This document shows positions 28,659 through 39,332 of a stretch of 64,000 nucleotides of DNA, piece after piece. The DNA comes from Turneriella sp. (lineage in GTDB: Bacteria; Spirochaetota; Leptospiria; Turneriellales; Turneriellaceae). Position 1 is the stretch's first letter. Each line of letters begins with the position of its first letter. Both the position numbers and the translations under genes were made by a program. The stretch is from assembly GCA_965279515.1 (NCBI GenBank), contig CBDIID010000003.1, positions 2,368,001 to 2,432,000 of the forward strand, in the 5' to 3' direction. Under the pieces are notes generated by a model, which saw only the letters and a list, made by a program, of their open reading frames with translations, did not search any database and was not told where the DNA came from.

Positions 28659-29216
28659 GTGGAGGAAATCAGCCTCAGGCAAACCCTCTTTTATTGTTTC
28701 GCATTCGTCCTGACCGGTTCGGCCCTGGGGGTCGTGTTCCACCGCAACCCGGTCAAATCAGCACTTTTTCTCGTGGCATTTTTTGTCTCGCTCGCTTCGA
28801 CCTACGCCCTCATCGGCGCCGAGGTACTGGCCACATTACAGGTACTTGTCTATGTGGGCGCAATCATGGTGCTTTTCCTTTTTGTCATCATGCTCATTGC
28901 CGTGCGCGAAGAAAGTTTCGAAAGCCCGTTCAGTAATGTCGGGCGAGCCGCGTTGGTCATTGTTCTGGCCATCGCATTTGTTACACAGATTCTGCTGCTG
29001 TTGCAGATTAAAATCGGTAAGGGCGACCTGAACCCGATTGCGCAACCGGTAACTGCCATTACAGGTAACAAGGAAATCAGGGATTCCGCCCAGGTTCTCG
29101 CTGTGAATCTCTTCAAGGAATATCTCATCGCTTTTGAACTCGTGTCGCTGTTATTGCTCGTCGCCGTCGTCGGGGCGATCATGATTGCCAAACGTAACCG
29201 CCGGATGATGGAATAG
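28659..29216 (+). CDS. nuoJ: NADH-quinone oxidoreductase subunit J
   Basis: NPVKSALFLV, QVLVYVGAIMVLFLFVIML, FELVSLLLLVAVVGA; start uncertain. Confidence 0.93.
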   Translation: MEEISLRQTLFYCFAFVLTGSALGVVFHRNPVKSALFLVAFFVSLASTYALIGAEVLATLQVLVYVGAIMVLFLFVIMLIAVREESFESPFSNVGRAALVIVLAIAFVTQILLLLQIKIGKGDLNPIAQPVTAITGNKEIRDSAQVLAVNLFKEYLIAFELVSLLLLVAVVGAIMIAKRNRRMME

Positions 29217-29218
29217 TT

Positions 29219-29533
29219 ATGGATGAATTTTTATCAGTCCGCGAAATTGCCATTCTGGCCTTTGTGCTTTTTGCGATCGGTATTGTGGGCGTAGTCTCGC
29301 GCCGTAACCTCATCGTGGTACTGATGTCCGTTGAAATTATGCTGAACTCGGTCAATTTACTTTTTGTGACTTTCTCGCGCGGGTTTAACGACACCACCGG
29401 GCAGATCATGGTTCTGTTCGTGATGGCGATTGCTGCCGCCGAAGCCGCGGTGGGTTTAGCCCTGGTTATTGCTTTGTTCCGTAATTCACACAGCATCATG
29501 ACCGACTCTATCGAGAACCTCAAAGACTCATGA
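29219..29533 (+). CDS. nuoK: NADH-quinone oxidoreductase subunit K
   Basis: RRNLIVVLMSVEIMLNSVNL, AAAEAAVGLAL. Confidence 0.96.
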   Translation: MDEFLSVREIAILAFVLFAIGIVGVVSRRNLIVVLMSVEIMLNSVNLLFVTFSRGFNDTTGQIMVLFVMAIAAAEAAVGLALVIALFRNSHSIMTDSIENLKDS

Positions 29534-31503
29534 AACAGGAACATATACCATACCTGCTCGTCGCGGTACCGTTGCTGCCGCTTGTTGCCGCTGTTATTAA
29601 TGCGGCGATCTTTGCGGTTTCAGGCCGGATACAAAACCAGAAGATCCAGTACTGGACCATTCTCGTTTCCATGGCTTCTGTGCTCTTCGCGCTCGCCGCA
29701 CATTTTTCCGTCATTTATCTGCATCCGACTTTAATCGGCGAAGCCTCGGCTTCGATCGTCGCGCCCGTAGAGTGGCTCGCCTTTACCAGCCCGCTGCGCT
29801 TCATGTGGGCAATCCGCTTCGACGCGCTGACAAGCATCATGGTCGCCGTCGTGCTTTTCGTCGGCCTGATGGTGCAGATTTTCAGCGTGGGTTACCTCAA
29901 CGATCGCCGCGAAGATTACGCGCGCTACTTCGCCTGGTTGAGTTTCTTCATGTTCAGTATGCTGCTGCTCGTCGTGTCGGCGAACATGCTTGTGTTTTTC
30001 GCCGGCTGGGAAGCCGTCGGATTGTCTTCGTATAAACTGATTTCTTTCTATGTCGAAAAAGATGCGGCACAGCGCGCGGGTAAAAAAGCCTTTATCATGA
30101 ACCGTATCGGCGACGCGGCGCTGCTCATTGCCATGTTCGCACTTTTCCGCGTGGCAAACACGGGTGACTTCCGGGAAATTGCCCTCGTCTTTTCGAAAGG
30201 CAGCATTGCAGCGTCGCATGCAAACTTTATCGCCCTGATGGTTTTTATCGCCGCCGCCGCCAAATCGGCGCAGCTGCCCCTCTACACCTGGTTGCCCGAT
30301 GCGATGACCGGGCCCACTCCGGTTTCTGCGCTGATTCACGCAGCGACGATGGTAACGGCGGGTATTTTTCTCATGCTGCGCCTGGAGCCGGTTTTTGTCA
30401 TGGCGCCGGAAGCGTCGGCGATTGTCGCCTGGACAGGTGGCATTACCGCGCTCATGGCGGCGTTCATCGCCGTCGCGCAGACTGACATCAAAAAGGTACT
30501 CGCATTCTCCACGGTGTCGCAGCTCGGCCTCATGGTGCTTGCGGTGGGCACCGGGTCGTATGCAGCCGCATTTTTCCATCTTTTCACACATGCATTCTTT
30601 AAGGCGATGTTGTTCCTGTCTGCGGGTGCAGTCATCACTTACAAACACCACGAACAAAACATACGGCGCATGGGCGGGCTGGTGGGTGAGCGGCCGCTGC
30701 TGGCCTTTATCTTCTGGATTGCCCTCGCGGCGCTTGCCGGTATTCCCGGCCTGTCAGGCTTTTTCTCGAAGGACCATATTCTCGCATCGGCGTTCGCCCT
30801 TAAAAACGGCGGTACTGTATTAGGAGCGATTACCGTCGCGGTATCGCTGCTGACTGCATTTTACAGCTTCCGGCTCGGCATCCTGGTCTTCCACGGCAAA
30901 AAGACTGAAGCATCGGGGCATGCTGAGCAAGGCGAGGAGCCATCCGTCACCTTCTATCTGCCACTGGTACTTCTCGCCATTCCCACTCTGCTCGCGGGTT
31001 ATTTTGGAGTACCGGCATTTTTTACCGGCTTTGAATCCCGTTTCTTCGAATTTATCAGCCATAACCTGCCTGTGCCTGCCGCAGATTTCACGGTGGCGAT
31101 GCAGCACCATTTGAGCCACGCAACCGAATTTAACATCATTGCTCTGGGTGTGGGGGCGGCGCTTACGGGTGCGCTTGCGGCAATTTTTTATTATGGTATT
31201 CTGCGCCGCCGCCCGGTTGCCGAAGAGGCTTACCATCCAGCTTTGACGCGGCTGAGTCTCAAAAAACTCTATGTCGACGAAATCTACCAATTCCTCTTTG
31301 TCGCGCCTTATAAGAAGATTGCTGATAAAATCAGCGAGTGGGATTTCCGCGTTATCCCGGCGATTTCTGAGGGCATGGGGTATCTCGCCGAGATCATCGG
31401 CGCATCGTTCAGCCGCCTGCAAAATGGCGTCATGGCGCATTATGCAATCTATATGGTCGGTGGTATAACGATTCTGCTCGTGCTGCTTTTGGGGACGCTC
31501 TGA
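29530..31503 (+). CDS. nuoL: NADH-quinone oxidoreductase subunit L
   Basis: NRIGD, KSAQLPLYTWLPDAMTGPTPVSALIHAATMV, HAFFKAMLFL. Confidence 0.96.
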   Translation: MKQEHIPYLLVAVPLLPLVAAVINAAIFAVSGRIQNQKIQYWTILVSMASVLFALAAHFSVIYLHPTLIGEASASIVAPVEWLAFTSPLRFMWAIRFDALTSIMVAVVLFVGLMVQIFSVGYLNDRREDYARYFAWLSFFMFSMLLLVVSANMLVFFAGWEAVGLSSYKLISFYVEKDAAQRAGKKAFIMNRIGDAALLIAMFALFRVANTGDFREIALVFSKGSIAASHANFIALMVFIAAAAKSAQLPLYTWLPDAMTGPTPVSALIHAATMVTAGIFLMLRLEPVFVMAPEASAIVAWTGGITALMAAFIAVAQTDIKKVLAFSTVSQLGLMVLAVGTGSYAAAFFHLFTHAFFKAMLFLSAGAVITYKHHEQNIRRMGGLVGERPLLAFIFWIALAALAGIPGLSGFFSKDHILASAFALKNGGTVLGAITVAVSLLTAFYSFRLGILVFHGKKTEASGHAEQGEEPSVTFYLPLVLLAIPTLLAGYFGVPAFFTGFESRFFEFISHNLPVPAADFTVAMQHHLSHATEFNIIALGVGAALTGALAAIFYYGILRRRPVAEEAYHPALTRLSLKKLYVDEIYQFLFVAPYKKIADKISEWDFRVIPAISEGMGYLAEIIGASFSRLQNGVMAHYAIYMVGGITILLVLLLGTL

Positions 31504-31504
31504 T

Positions 31505-33016
31505 ATGATAACCGCCGCAATTCTCATACCGTTTTTTGCTGCGTTGGTAATCCTGCTGCTCAAAGAAGAGAGTGCCGGGCCGGCTCTCAAGAGCCGAAAC
31601 GCCTGGTTCGCCATCGCTGCGACGATTACATCGCTGGTCTCGGCACTGCTCATGGTCGGTCGTTTTTCACCCACCTATGGCGAAAGCCAACTACGCGAAA
31701 CCTGGTGGACAAGTGCAGGTACCGGAATCAATATCACCTTCGCGGTTGATGGACTTTCCTTCCCGCTTTTTATCACAACTGCCTTTCTGTTTTTTATCGC
31801 CGCACTTTTCTCCATGAATACTTTTCAACTGCAGGGCGCTACATCCCCTGCCCGCCAAAAGGTTTTCTGGGGAATGTTCTTGCTGCTCGAGAGCGTCGTG
31901 CTGGCGATTTTTTCGGCATGGAACTTTGTCGCTTTCTTTGCCTTCTGGGAACTATTCCTGATACCGCTGACGATTCTGCTCTGGAGATTTGGCCTCGAAG
32001 AGCGGCGCCGCGCGGCCTTGCAGTTTTTTATCTATACATTTGTATCGTCAGCCTTTATGGTCGCGGCCTTCGCTGCGCTGGTTTATTATACACCCCGCAT
32101 CGGCGGTGATTTTGATTTTCGCTCGAACTTTGCTGGCGAAATCAATATGATGCAGCCCGAAAAACAGCAATTGCTGTTTTTGTTCTTTATGGCCGCATTC
32201 CTTGTGAAGATGCCGGTATTTCCATTCCATGCATGGTTACCGCTCACGCACACCCAGGCGCCGCTGGGCACGTTACTGCTTTCCGGCCTGTTTCTAAAGC
32301 TCGGCTCTTATGGTGTGCTGCGTTTTGTAACGCCGAATTTTTCCGGAGTTCTCGCCGAATGGGGATCCCTCTTCACGATCCTGGGCCTCATTTCCATGTT
32401 CTACGGAGCCTTTGCTGCATACCGGCAGAAATCTTTTCGTTATGTTATCGCCTATTCGTCACTGGCGCACATGGGACTCTTGCTTGCCGGCGCTTTGACG
32501 CGGCACGAATACGCAACCAGCGGGGCTATTATTCAGAATGTCGGGCACAGCCTCGCAAATGCTTTGCTCTTTATCATTGTCTGCATGCACCTCGTACGGG
32601 GCAAATCGGACGATGTTGCCGCTATCAATCCGCCGAAGAGCTTTTTGTATTGGGCGGCATTTTCCATCGCGCTTTTTTCTGCCATCGGTGTACCGGGAAC
32701 CATTGGGTTTGTCGGGGAATTCATGATACTGTTCGGTTTATCGTTCAAGTCATGGACTTTGACTATCGCGGCGGTGCTGACCCTGGTTCTCAGCGCCGCA
32801 TACATGCTGCGTCTCTTCCACAAGGTACGTGCGCGCGCAGCCGATACCAGCTGGAGCCCAACGCTACTGGAACGGGCCTGCCTTGTCCTCATTTCAGTGG
32901 CAATTTTATGGTTCGGTATTTACCCCTCGCTGTTGGGTGAATATGCGCGTGCCACATCAAAAACTCTGAATGTCAATGTTATCAATTCCCCTGCACCGGA
33001 GACAAAGCCCCGATGA
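31505..33016 (+). CDS. nuoM: NADH-quinone oxidoreductase subunit M
   Basis: FWELFLIP, VKMPVFPFHAWLP, LKLGSYG, AYSSLAHMG, PGTIGFVGEF. Confidence 0.94.
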   Translation: MITAAILIPFFAALVILLLKEESAGPALKSRNAWFAIAATITSLVSALLMVGRFSPTYGESQLRETWWTSAGTGINITFAVDGLSFPLFITTAFLFFIAALFSMNTFQLQGATSPARQKVFWGMFLLLESVVLAIFSAWNFVAFFAFWELFLIPLTILLWRFGLEERRRAALQFFIYTFVSSAFMVAAFAALVYYTPRIGGDFDFRSNFAGEINMMQPEKQQLLFLFFMAAFLVKMPVFPFHAWLPLTHTQAPLGTLLLSGLFLKLGSYGVLRFVTPNFSGVLAEWGSLFTILGLISMFYGAFAAYRQKSFRYVIAYSSLAHMGLLLAGALTRHEYATSGAIIQNVGHSLANALLFIIVCMHLVRGKSDDVAAINPPKSFLYWAAFSIALFSAIGVPGTIGFVGEFMILFGLSFKSWTLTIAAVLTLVLSAAYMLRLFHKVRARAADTSWSPTLLERACLVLISVAILWFGIYPSLLGEYARATSKTLNVNVINSPAPETKPR

Positions 33017-34554
33017 CGCTCTCATGGAATGACCTGATCGCGATGGCGCCACAGACATTGCTTGTACTGGGCGGTCTCGGTGTGCTGATCAGCCAGATGT
33101 TATTGAAATCGGGCAGGGCGCGCATCGCCTGGCAGTTGACAGTTGTCACCTTAGCCGCAGCGATACTGGTTGTTGTCGTCGGCCTCAGTGACAGCAAAGG
33201 TGTCACGACATTACTGCCGAGGGCATTTCTGGGCACAGATGTTGTCTCGGCAATCAACGGAACATACCGGTACTCCGTTTTCAGCGCCAATGCCATCCTG
33301 CTTTTTCTGGTTCTGGCGCTCGTCGCCGTCCTGTTCATGCGGCAGATCATGCCGGCGCTGGAACTCAATTTTCCGGAGAACTATTTTCTGATTCTCATGA
33401 GCGTAGCAGGGTATAGCTATTCTATCTGCGCTGAAGATCTGATCACACTGTTTATCGGCCTTGAACTGGGATCGCTCCCTTTGCTTGTGCTCATCGGTCT
33501 TAACCGCCAGGATAAGGCGACTAACGAGGCCGCCCTCAAGTACCTGCTGCTTTCTGCTTTCGCGATGGCGTTTTTGCTGCTCGGCATTGCCCTCGTCTAC
33601 GGCGCCAATGCCACTGTCAGGCTGCGGGACATCAGGGAAATTGGACCGCATTTCCTCAAAGTCAGGGTGATGACGCTCGCCTATGCGTTTATCTTCACAG
33701 GATTCTTCTTTAAACTGGCGGCATTTCCGCTGCACAGTTATGTCGCAGATGTCTACGAAGGCTCGGTGACGGTATTCACCGGTATTCTCGCCTCGCTGTC
33801 AAAAGCCGCAGGCGCTCTGATTCTGCTGAAGATTTATTACGGCGTTCACGACGGTTACCGGCAGTATTTCGCGCCAATTCTGATGTTTGCTGCAATCGGT
33901 TCGATGCTCTTCGGGGCTTTTGCTTCACTCGCCACACAGAACCTCAAGCGGATTCTCGCATACTCGTCGATCGGCCACGCGGGCTTTATGTTATGCTTCT
34001 TTATCACGCCCGCAGCCACAGATGGCAGCATTATCGGAGCGCTGAAGCAGGAAGCGGGGTCTGCGCTTTATATCTACCTTGTCGGATATACTTTTGCCTC
34101 TTTGCTCGCGTTCGGGACGATTGCATTTATCGAACGATCGCTGCCTCCGGGTACGCCAGTAACTTTGGATTCCTTATCAAATCTGTACCGCCGCGACCAA
34201 GGTGCAGCAATTGCACTCGGTATCAGTGTCTTATCTTTTATGGGCATGCCTCCCCTGGCCGGTTTTCTGGGAAAATTCTTTCTGTTTAAATACCTGGCGT
34301 TTTCGAACAATATGCTTTTGGCTGCTGCTGCTGCTGCTGCGAGTGCAATCTCCGTATACGCATATATCCGCATTCTGCGGCCGGTCTTTTTCAGCGAAGA
34401 TACAGCGGAAACGGCAGATAAGGCACGGCCATTCGTTATCCGCGATGCGGCGCGTCTAGCCGCCGGTTTTCTCCTCGGAGCTCTGTGTTTTTTTGCAGCT
34501 TTCTCGTCTTTTTTATACAATAATGGCATTCCGGCCATTCAAAAAATTTACTAA
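33013..34554 (+). CDS. nuoN: NADH-quinone oxidoreductase subunit N
   Basis: EAALKYLLL, FKLAAFPLH, DVYEG, KRILAYSSIGHAG, GMPPLAGF.GKF. Confidence 0.95.
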   Translation: MTLSWNDLIAMAPQTLLVLGGLGVLISQMLLKSGRARIAWQLTVVTLAAAILVVVVGLSDSKGVTTLLPRAFLGTDVVSAINGTYRYSVFSANAILLFLVLALVAVLFMRQIMPALELNFPENYFLILMSVAGYSYSICAEDLITLFIGLELGSLPLLVLIGLNRQDKATNEAALKYLLLSAFAMAFLLLGIALVYGANATVRLRDIREIGPHFLKVRVMTLAYAFIFTGFFFKLAAFPLHSYVADVYEGSVTVFTGILASLSKAAGALILLKIYYGVHDGYRQYFAPILMFAAIGSMLFGAFASLATQNLKRILAYSSIGHAGFMLCFFITPAATDGSIIGALKQEAGSALYIYLVGYTFASLLAFGTIAFIERSLPPGTPVTLDSLSNLYRRDQGAAIALGISVLSFMGMPPLAGFLGKFFLFKYLAFSNNMLLAAAAAAASAISVYAYIRILRPVFFSEDTAETADKARPFVIRDAARLAAGFLLGALCFFAAFSSFLYNNGIPAIQKIY

Positions 34555-34569
34555 ATTTCAGAGGGAAAA

Positions 34570-35754
34570 ATGTTCAGAAAATTGAACCAACGTAAATTCA
34601 AATTCTCCACTATGGGGATAGCCAATCTGACGATGTTTGTCTTTCTCATCGGCGTGGCGTTCTCGCCGTTTGCAGGCACCTGCGGTAGCGGCTCGATCGC
34701 CGAAGCGGCAACGGATAACCCGCTCCTTAAGTCCGATGCCGTCAGCTATGCGCTGAAATTCCAGGATGCAATCCGTGAAATTTACAAAGAAGTGAATCCT
34801 GCGGTGATACGCATTGAGACTGAACAGACCGTCGAAGTCAACCACCCCTTTTTCAACGATCCCATGTTCCGCCGCTTCTTCCAGGTACCCGAAGGGCAGC
34901 AAAAACAAAAACGCGCCGGCCTGGGTTCGGGCTTCATCGTTTCACCCGACGGCTTCGCGGTAACAAACCACCACGTCGTGCAACGCGTTGACAAAATCAC
35001 CGTGAAACTCACCAACGGGAAAGAATACCAGGCAAAGCTGATCGGCTCTGACCCGAATTCAGATATCGCGCTCATCAAAATCGACGGCGCAAAAAACCTC
35101 AAGACGGCGCACCTCGGCGATTCGGATAAGATTGAGGTCGGTGATTTCGCTCTCGCGATCGGAAATCCCTTCGGTCTCCAGTCAACACTGACAACGGGAA
35201 TCATTTCCTCCAAAGGTCAGGACGTGAACTCCGCCGACGGCGTTAGCCGCATCCAGACCGATGCCTCGATCAACCCTGGTAATTCCGGCGGGCCGCTCCT
35301 CAATATCCGAGGTGAAGTTATCGGTATCAACCAGATGATCTATTCACAGTCGGGTGGCAGCGTCGGTATCGGTTTCGCGATACCCATCAACCACGCAAAA
35401 CATATCATCGATAAACTGAAATCCGGCAAGAAAATCCGCCAGGGTTATGTCGGTGTCTCGGTTGACCCCGAGGCGACGGATGAAAAGCTCAAACACCTCG
35501 GCGTTTCCGGGAAAACAGGTATTATCGTTGCCCAGGTGGTCATCGGCTCACCGGCTTTCAAAGCAGGCATTGTCGCGAATGATTTTATTACCCATGTCGA
35601 CGGTAAACCCGCCGATAAATTTTCCGTGCTCAAGTCAACGGTGCTGCAAAAAGGTGTCGGCGGAGAAATCGAAATCAAGCTGCTGCGCCAGGGGAAAGAA
35701 ATTTCCGTCACGGTAAAAATCGCCGAAGCGCCACAGCAGCAACCGCAGCAGTGA
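34570..35754 (+). CDS. HtrA/DegP-family serine protease with one PDZ domain
   Basis: GLGSGFI, TNHHVV, DIALIK, IQTDASINPGNSGGPL. Confidence 0.95.
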   Translation: MFRKLNQRKFKFSTMGIANLTMFVFLIGVAFSPFAGTCGSGSIAEAATDNPLLKSDAVSYALKFQDAIREIYKEVNPAVIRIETEQTVEVNHPFFNDPMFRRFFQVPEGQQKQKRAGLGSGFIVSPDGFAVTNHHVVQRVDKITVKLTNGKEYQAKLIGSDPNSDIALIKIDGAKNLKTAHLGDSDKIEVGDFALAIGNPFGLQSTLTTGIISSKGQDVNSADGVSRIQTDASINPGNSGGPLLNIRGEVIGINQMIYSQSGGSVGIGFAIPINHAKHIIDKLKSGKKIRQGYVGVSVDPEATDEKLKHLGVSGKTGIIVAQVVIGSPAFKAGIVANDFITHVDGKPADKFSVLKSTVLQKGVGGEIEIKLLRQGKEISVTVKIAEAPQQQPQQ

Positions 35755-35800
35755 CGCTGACCGGTGCGACAGGATGTCGCCGGGTTAACGTCCGGCACGG

Positions 35801-36577
35801 ATGCCGTCTATGACGTTAACCGTCGACGTCGGTAATTCGCATACCGTCGTCGGCTTATGGAAAGACGGGGGGCTCAATCAAACCCTGCGCCTTTCCACCG
35901 ATGCGCGGCGCACCGCAGATGAATGGCGCATTCTGCTCTCGGCCTGGCTTAAAGAGGCCGGGAACGACGGCAGAGTATTGCGTGCGGCATTTTGCTCCGT
36001 CGTACCTGCAGCGAGTTCGGCGCTCGGTGACGCCGTCAGGGTGCTCGGCGTCAAAGAGCCGCTGTGGGTTTCATCAGAAATTAAGCTAAACTTCGGTTTT
36101 AATTATCCCCAGGCCCAGACATTAGGCGCAGACCGTATTGCTGATTTGATTGCGGCAAAACATTTTTTCGGCGACAACTGCATTGCCGTGGATTTCGGCA
36201 CGGCAATTACCTTCTCTGTGCTGACCGCAGGGATTTTCCAGGGCGGCGTCATCGCCCCCGGTATTACCTCTTCGCTCGAGGCGCTGTTCAGCTCAACGGC
36301 AAAACTCCCGAAGATTTTATTCCACCAGACCAAAAACGGTATCGGCAAATCAACGGGTGAATCCATCGAGATCGGCGCCTTCGTCGGCTGGCGGGGCGTG
36401 GTGCGGGAAATTCTCGCGGAAATCAAACGGGAGCTTCCGGGCTCCGGGATAAACCACAAGGTAATCGCAACGGGGGGAATTTCAGAGAGCCTCGAATTCG
36501 CCCCGGATTTTTTTGACGTCGTGGACAAAAACCTGACTCTGAAAGGGCTTTACCTTGCGGCCGAAGAAACGCTCTAA
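35801..36577 (+). CDS. coaX: Type III pantothenate kinase
   Basis: VDVGNSHT, LGADR, VDFGTAIT, GGVIAPG, IATGG. Confidence 0.93.
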   Translation: MPSMTLTVDVGNSHTVVGLWKDGGLNQTLRLSTDARRTADEWRILLSAWLKEAGNDGRVLRAAFCSVVPAASSALGDAVRVLGVKEPLWVSSEIKLNFGFNYPQAQTLGADRIADLIAAKHFFGDNCIAVDFGTAITFSVLTAGIFQGGVIAPGITSSLEALFSSTAKLPKILFHQTKNGIGKSTGESIEIGAFVGWRGVVREILAEIKRELPGSGINHKVIATGGISESLEFAPDFFDVVDKNLTLKGLYLAAEETL

Positions 36578-36589
36578 GCCGAGCGGTTC

Positions 36590-37804
36590 ATGAAAATCAG
36601 AATCCCCCGCATCTATAGCCTCGACGTTTACCTGTTGCGGCATTTTCTGCCCTCGCTTGCTGTCGCCTGCGCATTCTTCACTTTTATCGTCCTGGTCTTT
36701 TTTTTGAAGGAGACCATCAAACACGCCGTAGAGAAGAATCTTGATTTTTGGATCATCCTGGAGCTCTGCTGGTATGCGCTCGGCTGGACACTGACGCTGA
36801 CGATACCGATGGCTTTTCTGCTTTCCACAATTCTCACCGTGGGCTCCCTGAACGCCGATTCAGAGATTATCGCCATGCGCGCGGGTGGTATCACATATCC
36901 GCGCATTTTGCGGCCTTTTCTGACCGTGGCGATTGTGATCGGCGCGTTTCTCGTCTGGTTCTCCAACTTCGTCGTGCCTGCGTTCGCCGACAACATGGAA
37001 AACATGCGCAATTTTATTCTCACGACCGACCCGATCGCCGCGATACAGCCGGGTCAGTTCATCACGCTCGACAAACGCGAGAGCTTTGTGCGCAAAATCT
37101 ATATTGAAAAGACGACGAAGAACAAACTGACTCCCGGCGAAACTCTCGAAAATATCCAGGTGCGCAAAATCGGTCATGTCGGTAAGATACGCCAGCTCAG
37201 CGAAATCATCATCGCCAAGGAAGGCCGGAAAGTCCTGAAACAGACGACGCAGGGCGAATGGGTAAAAGCGCTCCGGCTCACCAAGGGTTATCTCTTCAGT
37301 ACGGGCAGCGACGGGACTTTTCAGCGCATCGATTTCTCAAACGGCATGTTCGACCTGAACATCCAGGAGCCTGAGAAGATCAAGAAAATGAAGAAGATCG
37401 ACGACATGGGTTCACTGACGCTGCCGCAGCTCATGGCAAGCTTCGAGACCATCAAAGCCTATCCTGAAGCGGAGAAACTGAAACGGAAGGCCGAGCTCGA
37501 GCTGCATAAACGTTTTGCGCTGGCATTTTCCGTTATTGTGTTCGTACTCATGGGATTTCCCCTCGCCATAGTCAACCGCCGCAGCGGCAAGGGCATGGGC
37601 CTCGGCATCTCGGTGATTTTTATCTTCGCCTACTTTGCGCTGTTCCTGTCGGCCGATACGTTTGCTATACAGAAAAACCTGGTGCCGCCCTGGCTCGCAG
37701 CGCATGCAGCCAATATTCTTCTGGGTTCAGCGGCGGCGATCTTTGCGCTGCGCCGGCTGATGGAATTTTCATTCCGCAGGGCGCTGGGCTTTAAAAAAGA
37801 GTAA
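36590..37804 (+). CDS. LPS export permease LptF/LptG family
   Basis: IPMAFL, SEIIAMRAGGI, ELHKRFA, GFPLA, RRSGKG; 3+3 TM layout around a periplasmic domain. Confidence 0.9.
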   Translation: MKIRIPRIYSLDVYLLRHFLPSLAVACAFFTFIVLVFFLKETIKHAVEKNLDFWIILELCWYALGWTLTLTIPMAFLLSTILTVGSLNADSEIIAMRAGGITYPRILRPFLTVAIVIGAFLVWFSNFVVPAFADNMENMRNFILTTDPIAAIQPGQFITLDKRESFVRKIYIEKTTKNKLTPGETLENIQVRKIGHVGKIRQLSEIIIAKEGRKVLKQTTQGEWVKALRLTKGYLFSTGSDGTFQRIDFSNGMFDLNIQEPEKIKKMKKIDDMGSLTLPQLMASFETIKAYPEAEKLKRKAELELHKRFALAFSVIVFVLMGFPLAIVNRRSGKGMGLGISVIFIFAYFALFLSADTFAIQKNLVPPWLAAHAANILLGSAAAIFALRRLMEFSFRRALGFKKE

Positions 37805-37807
37805 CGG

Positions 37808-38884
37808 CTAGCCCGCGTGCATCGCAATCATGCGCGCAAAACTGTTGTAAGATACCGAATTTTGTTTGGTGAATTCAACCCCATATTTGAAGGCCGCACC
37901 GGGTACGTCGGTGGCTTCGTGGCGGCGCCAGCGGATTTCGCCCTTCAGGTCGATGATCTTGTCGGGATGCTCTTCGGATATCACCCACACTGACATCGCC
38001 TGGTTTTCCCTGTAATCCATATACGACTGGAACGAAAGACCGCTCTGCGAGATATCGATGAGGAAAGGCGATTCGAAGAGTTCGGGAGCGCCCAACTCTG
38101 CATTGAAGGCGGAGATCCAGATCTGGCTGATGCCTTTTTTCCGCGGGTTCTTGCGCCGGTCGCGCTGAGGCTGGTCAAAGAATGCAAGAATTTTCTCGCG
38201 CAGCGCGCGGCGCGTAACGGGTTTCTGTACTAAGTATGCAATCTCGTTGAGAATCGCAGAATCGAGTACGCCCTGCGCCTGCGGGTCATAGAGCATGAAC
38301 ACGGGGACATCCGCATAAGATGCACGGAACTCTGTGAGCACCGCGCGAAAGGTATCATCGAGGGCAGCCGGTGAAAACACCGCGAGTTCCAGGGGCAGAT
38401 CTTTTTTATCACCCGGCAGTTTTTCGATCACTTCTGCGCCCAGCGCCTTGAGCAGGGAATCTGCAAGGGTATCGCCGCCGTTTTGAAAAACAAAAACGGA
38501 TTTTCCCGACAGTGGCCGAAAACGGAACTGGGTGAGAGCCTTCTCGAGGTTCAGCTGCGTGAATGGTTTCTCCAGCAGATGGTCCGTCGCCGAGAGTACT
38601 CCCATTTCGATTTTGCCGCGATCGACAAATTCATGGAGCAACAAAACGCGCAGCGAGCCATAATCTTGTTTGAGCCGCGGGAGTTTCACCGCTAACCCGG
38701 CATTCGCCGAATAGTGAACGACGAGTATGTTCTCAACATCATCGCTTGGGCGCAGGTCGTCGAGCCGTGCCACTTCGGTCACCTGAGCCCCCTGCGCGCT
38801 GATATAGCGCCCCAGCGCACCGGTTACAATCGCGCTTTCGCCATGCAGGAAAAAATTCGTATCAGTGAGGGGTTGTTGCGCCAT
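37808..38884 (-). CDS. PilZ-domain protein with degenerate receiver-like N-terminal domains
   Basis: RRKNPR (RxxxR), DISQSG (DxSxxG), YGVEF; two KP motifs (LEKPFT, VQKPVT). Confidence 0.75.
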   Translation of the reverse strand: MAQQPLTDTNFFLHGESAIVTGALGRYISAQGAQVTEVARLDDLRPSDDVENILVVHYSANAGLAVKLPRLKQDYGSLRVLLLHEFVDRGKIEMGVLSATDHLLEKPFTQLNLEKALTQFRFRPLSGKSVFVFQNGGDTLADSLLKALGAEVIEKLPGDKKDLPLELAVFSPAALDDTFRAVLTEFRASYADVPVFMLYDPQAQGVLDSAILNEIAYLVQKPVTRRALREKILAFFDQPQRDRRKNPRKKGISQIWISAFNAELGAPELFESPFLIDISQSGLSFQSYMDYRENQAMSVWVISEEHPDKIIDLKGEIRWRRHEATDVPGAAFKYGVEFTKQNSVSYNSFARMIAMHAG

Positions 38885-38929
38885 GGTGTCCGGACTGCGG
38901 CGTTAATATCGCCGGGACAACATGGGGCA

Positions 38930-39304
38930 TCAATTCATTTTAAGCGCGCTGCGCACCGAAGAGATCAGACGGTCTTCGGTAAATGGTTTGATGATAAAAT
39001 CGTGGGCACCCGCGGCCACTGCTTCTTTAATGAAACGGCTTTCGCCGAGGGCAGACACAACGATGACTTTGGTATCGGGTACGGCTTTTTTAACCAGCTT
39101 GGTCGCTTCAATGCCCCCCAGCGTTTTCATCGATAGGTCCATCGTAATCAGGTCGGGCTTTAGGTTTTCGGCCATCGCCACAACCTCGCTGCCATCAGAG
39201 GCTTCCCCTGAAACTTCAAAACCTTTGGATTCCAGATGCCTGCGAATCACCTGGCGCATATAGCCCGAATCATCGACTATAAGCACTTTCTTCTTATCGG
39301 ACAT
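38930..39304 (-). CDS. Single-domain response regulator (CheY-like)
   Basis: VLIVDDS, PDLITMDLSM, VSA, FIIKPF. Confidence 0.92.
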   Translation of the reverse strand: MSDKKKVLIVDDSGYMRQVIRRHLESKGFEVSGEASDGSEVVAMAENLKPDLITMDLSMKTLGGIEATKLVKKAVPDTKVIVVSALGESRFIKEAVAAGAHDFIIKPFTEDRLISSVRSALKMN

Positions 39305-39332
39305 AATATATAGTACGAAGGAAAACGCTCGT

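Noticed and set aside
34321..34340. (GCT)6 microsatellite in nuoN
   Set aside because: It encodes an in-frame poly-Ala within a TM helix; slippage would keep the frame, so it is not a phase switch.
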